DNA of 32,000 nucleotides from an uncultured Desulfobulbus sp. (GTDB taxonomy: Bacteria > Desulfobacterota > Desulfobulbia > Desulfobulbales > Desulfobulbaceae): positions 1,245,921 through 1,277,920 of the forward strand of contig CAXXHZ010000003.1 of the NCBI GenBank assembly GCA_963666685.2. The letters are read 5' to 3'. Of the stretch, positions 8,263 through 15,797 are shown in pieces (the stretch's first letter is position 1; every line of letters starts with the position of its first letter). Made by a program: the position numbers and the translations under genes. The notes below the pieces were generated by a model. That model worked only from the letters and a program-made list of their open reading frames with translations. It did not search any database and was not told where the DNA came from.

Positions 8263-8711
8263 ATCAAAATACCTCAAAGTGATTCACGGAAAGCAATAAA
8301 AGCCGTCTGAAGCCCGGTTTAAATCCTCGATCCGCGTTTTTTTTCGGCTATTTTGATTCAAATCTTTTATGTTTTGATTCAACCAAAGGAAAGAGATGAA
8401 ATCAATAATTTCCCCCGAAATGTGGCTGTTCTCCCCCGGTGGTGAATGACTCTATTTGTCAGCTCAAGAGCGCCAGCGGTTTGGCGGGGGCGAATTCTCG
8501 CCGGTCGATAAATTAGAGGATACCGACCTTGCGAAAGGACTTTTTGATACCAACCGTCGCGACTACTAGCCCCCGATCTGCACGGCGCTGGTTATAACAT
8601 AATTAATATTGGTATCAAAACAGAAGTGGCGCCGGCAATCAACCTGGCCAAATGAAAACGGTATCATTAATCGAGATCCGGAGCAAACCTGGGATGAGTT
8701 TTTGATACCAA
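8260..8711. repeat. cluster of six TTTTGAT(T/A)C(C)AA motifs in non-coding DNA
   Basis: ttttgattcaa at 8351-8361 and 8372-8382, with an inverted copy at 8260-8269 that overlaps the mazF stop. tttttgataccaa at 8541-8553 and 8699-8711, with an inverted copy ttggtatcaaaa at 8609-8620. Confidence 0.6.
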
Positions 8712-9301
8712 GCAAAGCGGAAACCCAATCAGCAATCCTAGAAGAACAGGGCTTCCCTTCAATTGTGAGCATTGTGGAAAATCGATTAAAATTGAAGCAG
8801 CCTTGCTCTTTTCCCCTCCCAGTGGGGATATAGTGCAAAAGCACCATCTATGTGGCAACTGCTATCACTCTATTGTTCATAATTTCGTATCCTACGAAAA
8901 GTAACGATAGCAAATAGCTATGATGGATCGTCAGGAATCAACCAGAATTAAAATAGCGAGGTCAATAACTATTAAAGATGTTGACTTTCTAATTACGAAA
9001 TATTTTACAATGAATTGTAAGTCTACTGCCAGCACTGTGAATGATTAGCAGAAACTATTTAATTAAATTCGGTTCTCGATGAGAAATATGTCAGATGTCT
9101 TCTCTAACAAGTAATCACATATGGCTAAAGCAATTTTGCCGTCCTTTCACCTTTTTATTAATAAGTAAGTTGACAACCGAACATTGATTTTTTTTTTGCT
9201 CAACGATTCACGTTCAATTTGCATAAATATTGTTTAATCACCTAATCGATGATCGTCGAGATGTCAGATGATTAACGACCGCCTTAATAGGATAAAAAGA
9301 G

Positions 9302-10195
9302 ATGGCTCTGGCAATATCGACCTCGCAGCACCTCCGACCTTCGGCGATTGAACTGCTCGCCACGCTGCAACAACAAATTGACGCCTCAGAAAGAGGGCTT
9401 CAACGCTTTCTTCCAAAAAATCGAAAAAAGAAACGCTCTGCCACAACTTTGAAAGGTCTGCTTTCTGGGGACCAAAAATCGCATTCTTTCGATTCGATGC
9501 GCATGCTGGTGGCGATCGGCCTTTTACATTGGTCTGATGTACTCGGAAACAGCGCATCGCGCAGCTCTGCCATACCAAATGTCGCTGACTCACTAGCGTT
9601 CTCAGCATGCGCTCTCTGGCCACTTGTACTGATAAGGCATTTCCCAAAAAATTGGGAAGACGATTTGATAGAATTCTCTTCACCTCAAGTTGCTCAACTC
9701 CTGCTGGATGCACGTTTAGCTCTTCGGAAACACAATGAACATACTGTCTTTCCACTTTTTGCATCGGAGCTAACAAAACAAATCTATTCCAGAGGAATAT
9801 ATAATATTTTTGAGGATCTGAATGATGCAGAACGGGGTGCCCACGCCTTTGCTTCTGTCTTGAGGCTTTCTTCTAACAAGAAGATTCCGAAGCGACTTTC
9901 AACAAAAGATTTCTTTCTCTGGATTGGGTCGGCAGCCGTTACTGGCGCCATCGGAAACTTGTTTTATGACGAACTCAAGCAAGTCTGGTCAAATATCGAT
10001 ATTACACACGCGGTTAGTGGTGAAGTAAGCAGTGGATCTGGCGGTAGCTGCGACAACGCAGCATCGCTAAAGCATGATCCCGTTGCTGCAGGGCACGCAG
10101 TCAGCGCTCTTGCCCCCGCCCATTCCCATTCTGCACAGAGCACAACGGCCGATGATCTCGCCAACGGGCTTTCCAGCCTATTTGATCAAGATTAG
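9302..10195 (+). CDS. hypothetical protein (helical, disordered Ser/Ala/His-rich acidic C-tail)
   Basis: 297-aa ORF, the longest frame in this stretch. The overlapping minus-strand 170-aa ORF is R/S-rich and looks like a shadow frame. I recognise no motif. Confidence 0.5.
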   Translation: MALAISTSQHLRPSAIELLATLQQQIDASERGLQRFLPKNRKKKRSATTLKGLLSGDQKSHSFDSMRMLVAIGLLHWSDVLGNSASRSSAIPNVADSLAFSACALWPLVLIRHFPKNWEDDLIEFSSPQVAQLLLDARLALRKHNEHTVFPLFASELTKQIYSRGIYNIFEDLNDAERGAHAFASVLRLSSNKKIPKRLSTKDFFLWIGSAAVTGAIGNLFYDELKQVWSNIDITHAVSGEVSSGSGGSCDNAASLKHDPVAAGHAVSALAPAHSHSAQSTTADDLANGLSSLFDQD

Positions 10196-10232
10196 GCACG
10201 ATAGTGCCATCATCACTCGGAGGATTTCATCA

Positions 10233-10766
10233 ATGCAATGGATTTATCATTTATTGAATTATGCTTTGTGGGCAATCATTCTTGCTTTGCTGTGCATACC
10301 AATCAATATAGCTTTGATAGCGTTACGCTGGTGCTCTGCAAAATATATCTTCCATTTGTGGCGCGTTCGCAAAACACTAACAAAAGTTCCTGACGACTTG
10401 CTGCTACGGTCCGATGGAAAGCATGTTGTATTTGTCACGATAAGTCCAGATGGCACAGAGCAGTATCACCAATTCTATTCTGGTGTGTTAACCTGGAAAT
10501 CAGGACAACGACTTGTGAAGAAATTCCGTAGAACTGTAGACAAACAACTATTGTATCGATCGATTGCGTGGACTTTTATTGTGCTTCCATTATTTATTTC
10601 ATTTACATATTTTATTTTTAACAAACCTGAAGTTATTTCAACAAAGGATGTCTCCGAAATAAGGGGTTGTGTGTCTGGCATCCTGATATTAAGTATTCTT
10701 CAAGCTATGCCATTTACTTTGTTCATGTGGCCAGGACTGCAAGCACTTTTAGAAAATGTTGACTAA
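10233..10766 (+). CDS. hypothetical membrane protein (about 3 TM helices)
   Basis: Start chosen at ATG 10233 (MQWIYHLL), 8 nt after SD ggagga and 38 nt after the previous stop. TM segments: LWAIILALLCIPINIALIAL, IAWTFIVLPLFISFTYFIF and GILILSILQAMPFTLFMW. Confidence 0.55.
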   Translation: MQWIYHLLNYALWAIILALLCIPINIALIALRWCSAKYIFHLWRVRKTLTKVPDDLLLRSDGKHVVFVTISPDGTEQYHQFYSGVLTWKSGQRLVKKFRRTVDKQLLYRSIAWTFIVLPLFISFTYFIFNKPEVISTKDVSEIRGCVSGILILSILQAMPFTLFMWPGLQALLENVD

Positions 10767-10903
10767 TTTTTCTATCGGACCAGGTTGCAGGTTGTTTCAC
10801 CATTTCAATGTTACGTATAACTCTGAAAAGTGTTGACCAGCGGGATATTGACTTTTTCACGATATCTTCTCTGGACTACCCCTTCAGGTAGAAATGGGAT
10901 GAC

Positions 10904-11017
10904 ATTCGGTTTCTGGTTACCACTCAAAATTGCATGATATCCAGTTAGCCGGCACCCTAAAACGCCGATTTTCTGACATCTTGGCTTGAAATGGTGAGTG
11001 ATAGCCAGAAACCGGAT
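10904..11017. repeat. long imperfect inverted repeat / candidate structured RNA
   Basis: 10907-10925 (cggtttctggttaccactc) pairs with 10996-11014 (gagtgatagccagaaaccg): 17 Watson-Crick pairs, 1 G-U and 1 mismatch. The stem extends 3 bp outward and encloses 70 nt that contain smaller complementary segments. Confidence 0.6.
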
Positions 11018-11110
11018 AATAACTTGTTATGCCCCTGAAAACCATCTAGTCGACTGTAACCATTATGAAATATCATGAAACCTAATCGGTAACGTAAACG
11101 GAAACTCGTA

Positions 11111-11836
11111 ATGGCCCTAGAAGAATACGAAAAAACATTAGCGCGATTTCAACTGGAAAAACTGAATACTAAAGTTGACCTCCGGTTAAACAAGAACGGT
11201 AACATAGAAAAAACCCGCGATGGCGATTTGCAATTTGGCAATACCCAAATGAATGCAATGTTCAGGTTAGTTGAGAGATGGCGTCACAGTGAATCCACCA
11301 TAAATGAGTTATTTTTTCCAATGCTTCGCGCTGTAAAGCAACTTGAAAACTTGGAAAAGGAAAGAAAGCAAGGCACGAGCCCTTCGCTTAGCCAAGACCC
11401 AATAGCATATCACCGCGCGACAGAAGCTATTATTGAATATCAATCAGTCTCATCAGTGCTAGCAGGCTCAATTTTTGTTGTTGCGAATAATTTACTTCAA
11501 CGTTTTAGAATGGATCTGAATGCCTCTTGGGACGAGTGGAAATCAGCTATCCCAAAAATCAACAACTTTTCGATTGGCGAGATCTACTCGGCTGCTGCAG
11601 CAAATTTCAGACATTACGATGAATGGGCAATCTCTAAAAAGCCAGACCAAAAGCAACTTCCATCAATGACAGTACTTTGTGGGTTGCTTGACTACCCTGT
11701 TCAAACAAAACATGGATTCTCAACAATCCGAACAAATGTATGCGGAAGCATTCTAATGATGGTCAGCGAAGGGTCAATCGATGGTTTTCACCAGAAAACA
11801 TTTGACTATGTAAAGGCGCTGGCAAAATATCAGTAA
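11111..11836 (+). CDS. hypothetical protein (all-helical, function unknown)
   Basis: 241-aa ORF with no overlapping competitor. It contains R/H-rich segments (RLVERWRH, NFRHYDEW). I cannot assign these to a family. Confidence 0.6.
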   Translation: MALEEYEKTLARFQLEKLNTKVDLRLNKNGNIEKTRDGDLQFGNTQMNAMFRLVERWRHSESTINELFFPMLRAVKQLENLEKERKQGTSPSLSQDPIAYHRATEAIIEYQSVSSVLAGSIFVVANNLLQRFRMDLNASWDEWKSAIPKINNFSIGEIYSAAAANFRHYDEWAISKKPDQKQLPSMTVLCGLLDYPVQTKHGFSTIRTNVCGSILMMVSEGSIDGFHQKTFDYVKALAKYQ

Positions 11837-11985
11837 TGGGCTACGATCAGGCAGTTTTTGCATAAAGTTAACAGCATAAACCAGTCAATAAACCTGACCG
11901 GAAATGGCCACGTTCTTGAAAGGTGGGCAGCATCTCGGCCGGCAGGTTATTTCGCCGTTAGCAATTACTCATTATATAAATAAAT

Positions 11986-12873
11986 ATGGATAAAGTTAGC
12001 ACAGAACTTCTAAAAAGACTGCAATCAACTTCTAAACAATTGCTTACACATGCACTAGAGCACGCTCTCGATGAAACACAAAATGAAAGTAACGTACTGC
12101 AAACAATAATTAATATGCAGTCAGCTCTTGAATTATTGAGCAAATCATATGTTCTACGAAGAGATGGTTGGAAAGCAATTATCGACCCAAAATTTCATTC
12201 GCGTTCAGAATCTTTTCTTCTGTCAGCAATTGCGGATGGGTCAATTAAGACTATACCTTTTTGGAAAAGCCGAGAGATAGCATCTGAAACACTATACCTA
12301 AATGAAGAGGATAGGACTCTGCTAGATACATTTCAAAACAGAAGAAACCAGTTATTGCATTTGGGGTATATAAGTCCACCTAAAGAAATTCTCAATGAGG
12401 CAATATGGTTCTTGGTAAGAATTATTCATCAGCTAAAATGGAAAGAAATTTTACCAGTGAGCGATCAATATCTCACAAATAGTCTTAAGCTATTTATTGG
12501 CAGTGCACTCTATTATAAGTTAATGACAAACTCTTGTTATATCGATGAATCAATTGATCGAGCACACGATCTTTATCCATATGAAGTAACATATTGTTTA
12601 GAATGCGGAAAAGAATCTTTTGTAAAAACCGAAAAAGATAACTTGGTTTGTTTTGTTTGTGGATTTAAAGCAAACACAGATATTATCGGCTTCACCGATT
12701 GCCCATTGTGTGATACGGCTGAAACTGTAGCGTATGACAGGATGAATATTGGAATTAATGATAGAATTAATGGTAAATGCTGCAAATGTAGGGAATTCAT
12801 AGATGTATCAATGTGCAAGGAATGCGGTAATGTTTTTATTGCCGGAAAAATATGCGAATTTTGTGAATGCTAA
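11986..12873 (+). CDS. HEPN-motif protein with three C-terminal CxxC zinc ribbons (predicted RNase, uncharacterised)
   Basis: 295 aa. Helical N-terminal ~190 aa with FQNRRNQLLHLG, the Rx4H (RNxxxH) HEPN signature. The C-terminus has CLEC-x15-CFVC, CPLC-x24-CCKC and CKEC-x11-CEFCEC. AT-rich, with no SD before the ATG. Confidence 0.65.
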   Translation: MDKVSTELLKRLQSTSKQLLTHALEHALDETQNESNVLQTIINMQSALELLSKSYVLRRDGWKAIIDPKFHSRSESFLLSAIADGSIKTIPFWKSREIASETLYLNEEDRTLLDTFQNRRNQLLHLGYISPPKEILNEAIWFLVRIIHQLKWKEILPVSDQYLTNSLKLFIGSALYYKLMTNSCYIDESIDRAHDLYPYEVTYCLECGKESFVKTEKDNLVCFVCGFKANTDIIGFTDCPLCDTAETVAYDRMNIGINDRINGKCCKCREFIDVSMCKECGNVFIAGKICEFCEC

Positions 12874-13386
12874 CATAACGATCAAGCGGATGCTTACCTT
12901 GGGCGTACTAGTCAAGGTTTCTCCAGTCTACCGTGACTTTCGGCAGGGGTTGTGGGATGAAAATAAAGTTGGAAACCAAAAGACACTTATGTGTTTGATG
13001 TTCCGTGAATTGAGTTTCAGGGAATTCAATAAAGATGGTAACTTTGAGGTCGATTTTAGAACCAGTGCATGTAAAAACAAGCAGTTAACTCTATAGTTAC
13101 CGACTTTATTTGGAAGATCCCAACTATATTTTCAACCCACAAGAATGGCCTTCAAGAAACGATGAAAAGGCGTATGGCGGAATGAGTCATAAAATGAAAA
13201 AACAGGCGATACGCCAGAGACACCAAGGAGACAGAAGACTCGTCGTGATTGACGAGAGACAGAATGTCGCGACAAAATCAGGTCCCGCAATTATTGTGGG
13301 ATTTATGGTTCAAATGGTTAATAACCAAGGTCAATTCGCGCCTGCCAATGCAATTTCGCATGGCCTGCTCAAAATTTAACGCCCTA

Positions 13387-14256
13387 TTAATAAATATAAT
13401 CACCAATCCATGGATAATCTGCTTTAGACAACAAGACTGCACATTGCCTGGCTCTTGCAAATGGCTTGGAATCTTTGATTTCAGATTTAAGTCTGGCGAT
13501 TGCGGCATCAAATCTTTTGTAAAAAACACTACCTGTTGCGGCTCCACTTTTTTGCCATATTTTGAACATAGCATCGGCATCCTTAATATCTCGTGAAATA
13601 TCAATTACATAGGCTCTACGTTGTTGTGCTATTTCTTTTTTATCCAGATGGAACAACCATATGGTAACTTTTAAACGCCCCAATTCCTCATCACTCGGAG
13701 AATCTTTTTTCAAAGTTGGAGTGCCATCGGGACTGAACCACAGTAGTGCCATATCAGCTACGTTACATGGATCAAATGGCAACACAGCTTCTTCGATCTG
13801 ATCCCATTCCGTTCCTTCTGGTGCTCTTGCTCCTTCAACGGGGAAAAAATCCCACTTGCCTCCTTCCGTTTCCTCATCAACTCGTCGTTGATTCGAATGC
13901 ATGCAAGACAAACGAAAATTTTTCGGTTCAAACGCCAACCACCAGTAGCCTGGCGATATATCCCCCGTTTTTTCCAAGGTGCTATGGTCGATTTCGACAA
14001 CCCTTCCCTTGGGACGGAAGTGATCAACATTTGGATCTGCTCCATCCAAAGGCACTTCGGAGTACCAGCACTTGTTTCCGACAGCGCTTCTCAACCATTC
14101 CAGCAAAGCACCGTTGCCCCAAGTTTCATCTCTCTTTGATTTGATGAACGCAGCTCTTTCTTCGGGATTTTTCTCCAGCAGCTCTTTCGTTAACTCCCGA
14201 GCCTTGGCCTCCCATGCGGGGTCAAAAGGCATGTCATAGGGATTTATATATATCAT
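13387..14256 (-). CDS. ptuB: HNH endonuclease, Septu PtuB-like
   Basis: 289 aa. HNH core NKCWYSEVPL...VDHFRPKG...WWLAFEPKNFRLSCMHSNQRR, as in the HNH nucleases that pair with AAA_15/21 ATPases. ATGA overlap with the upstream ATPase gene. Confidence 0.7.
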   Translation of the reverse strand: MIYINPYDMPFDPAWEAKARELTKELLEKNPEERAAFIKSKRDETWGNGALLEWLRSAVGNKCWYSEVPLDGADPNVDHFRPKGRVVEIDHSTLEKTGDISPGYWWLAFEPKNFRLSCMHSNQRRVDEETEGGKWDFFPVEGARAPEGTEWDQIEEAVLPFDPCNVADMALLWFSPDGTPTLKKDSPSDEELGRLKVTIWLFHLDKKEIAQQRRAYVIDISRDIKDADAMFKIWQKSGAATGSVFYKRFDAAIARLKSEIKDSKPFARARQCAVLLSKADYPWIGDYIY

Positions 14257-15797
14257 CCCTGCCCCCCACTAACAGCATCGTACAACTTCGAAGAAAGTTT
14301 ATCTATCGCCTCAATCTTCCAGTCGGGGTTCTCGTCGGATGAGACAATCTCATTCACAACAATTTCATAGGCCATTCGGGCTATATTTTGATATGGATCG
14401 GGAGATATCTCGTCAGGGGTAAGACTTGGCACAAGCTTCCGAAGACGCTCAAGGTCTCTTTGTTGCTTCGGGTACTTTTCTTCAGAGGCTACTTCATATA
14501 TTCGTTTCAATACCCGTAGGCTAAAGGGATCAAGCTGGCTCTCCAAGCCAAACAAGGGGCTTGTCAAAACCCCGGCAACGCCCCTCCCACGTGGACTCTC
14601 TTCAGGCTCTTTTGCAACTATTTGCCCTTTTTGATTTCGGTGCAGCACGCGAATTTCATTTTTACGCAACCCGGAAACGAGCAAGGGGTCATGGGTCGCA
14701 AGGATAGTATGACTATTCTTATCAATCTCACCGACATTGCGTAAATGCTCCAGATAGTCAACACCCCAAGCCGGATTCAGATGGGTGTCCGGCTCATCAA
14801 GGAAATAGAGGGATTCAGCATTTCTGGTAAAGCGCATGAGGCCCAGGACCGTTAACAACTGCTGCTCGCCTTCGCTCAATTGCCGGGTGTGAATTGAGTC
14901 ATCACTACCTTTCACCCTTACCTTTACACGAAATGAACTTTCATCGATAAATTCGCTCAGCCGCATAGTGTCGAGTGCCTGGAAGAGTGCACCGGGGTCT
15001 TTTCCGTATTCCCTGGCCAAGGATTGAAGTGCTTGTAAATCAGGCAGATAAAGATAAAGAAATTCTTTTGTCAGGTTGCGACGAAAATCAACTTTAGTCC
15101 TCACTGTACTTGAAAACGGGACGAGACTATGCCGCTTGATCGCTTCCAGCAAGTCACGGACCGGCCCTTTGGCACCCCAGAAATCCTTTGCCTCAGCATT
15201 TTTTTTAGCCCAGGATGGTTTGTTTAAAACGATAAGCAACGAATCGAATGCTTCAATCCTGGGAAGTTTTTCGAGAAATTTGCAGACTTCTATATCGTCG
15301 GAATAATAGAAGGCTAAAAGGGAAAAAAGACCGTGGATCGGTCGCGCACAAATAAAGCTGCTTAGATCAAGTTTGTCGTTATCCTGGTTGTCTTCCAGTG
15401 TTTTATTCAGGGCAATTTTGTCGTGTTCTTCAAATAGTTCTTTAAAACGATCACTCGTTCCGGAATAATACCCGACAACATACCGAGGAGAATACTTCTC
15501 TCTAACTACTGTTGCAGTAACATTCTTACCGTTAACAGTTGCAGTAGGCGTTTTCCCTTCAATCCCATTGAGGCAGACATGATGTCCAGCAATCTTGTAG
15601 CTGAGTTCATAGGAGAACGGGGCAGATTTCTTGAGATTCAATTGGGAAAATATGCTGATGAGCGCCTCAGCCAAGTTCGTTTTAGCGGAACCATTACGGC
15701 CAATCAATACGGTAACATCGCAAGACTCGTTAAAGTCGATACAGAATCCTTCAAGGTTTTTCCACTTGCTGGTAATTCTTAGCTTATTGATTCGCAT
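14253..15797 (-). CDS. ptuA: ABC/SMC-like AAA_15/AAA_21 ATPase, Septu PtuA-like
   Basis: 514 aa. Walker A GRNGSAKTN, signature-like LSEGEQQ, Walker B LYFLDEPDTHL, H-loop ILATHDP. The start overlaps the hsdS 3' end by 14 nt. Confidence 0.7.
   Translation of the reverse strand: MRINKLRITSKWKNLEGFCIDFNESCDVTVLIGRNGSAKTNLAEALISIFSQLNLKKSAPFSYELSYKIAGHHVCLNGIEGKTPTATVNGKNVTATVVREKYSPRYVVGYYSGTSDRFKELFEEHDKIALNKTLEDNQDNDKLDLSSFICARPIHGLFSLLAFYYSDDIEVCKFLEKLPRIEAFDSLLIVLNKPSWAKKNAEAKDFWGAKGPVRDLLEAIKRHSLVPFSSTVRTKVDFRRNLTKEFLYLYLPDLQALQSLAREYGKDPGALFQALDTMRLSEFIDESSFRVKVRVKGSDDSIHTRQLSEGEQQLLTVLGLMRFTRNAESLYFLDEPDTHLNPAWGVDYLEHLRNVGEIDKNSHTILATHDPLLVSGLRKNEIRVLHRNQKGQIVAKEPEESPRGRGVAGVLTSPLFGLESQLDPFSLRVLKRIYEVASEEKYPKQQRDLERLRKLVPSLTPDEISPDPYQNIARMAYEIVVNEIVSSDENPDWKIEAIDKLSSKLYDAVSGGQG

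Noticed and set aside
8470-8830. Possible remnants of a cobalamin-binding-domain gene. The frame fragments read ...DLH/GAGYNIINIGIKTEVAPAINLAK and NGIINRDPEQTWDEFLIPSKAETQSAILEEQGF. The track ORFs at 8566-8858 fall in the same region.
   Set aside because: The resemblance to the DxHxxG...GxxVxxLG pattern requires an assumed ~12-aa deletion and several frame changes. That is too weak to call without a database search. The overlapping track ORFs have no support.
9264-9776. The 170-aa minus-strand ORF overlapping the 297-aa plus-strand ORF.
   Set aside because: It is shorter, has an R/S/L-rich low-information composition, and has no upstream signals. The plus-strand frame was preferred, though it is itself only moderately supported.
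11111-11836. Calling the 241-aa protein a second HEPN protein because of RLVERWRH (Rx6H) and NFRHYDEW.
   Set aside because: Only one segment fits the loosest form of the motif and its context is unconvincing. The protein is left as hypothetical pending structure or profile searches.
12803-13379. Small plus-strand ORFs in the convergent gap (12803-13096, 97 aa; 13110-13379, 89 aa, TTG start).
   Set aside because: The first overlaps the end of the HEPN-ZnR gene in another frame. The second has a non-ATG start, no SD and no recognisable motif. A real micro-gene cannot be excluded, but it is unsupported.
10904-15797. A retron hypothesis. PtuA/PtuB-type ATPase/HNH pairs are known retron effectors, and a long inverted-repeat element lies at 10.9 kb.
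   Set aside because: No reverse-transcriptase ORF (YxDD motif) exists anywhere in the window. The inverted repeat is 2.4 kb beyond the 3' end of ptuB, on the far side of convergent genes, whereas retron ncRNA/RT genes sit directly upstream of the effectors.
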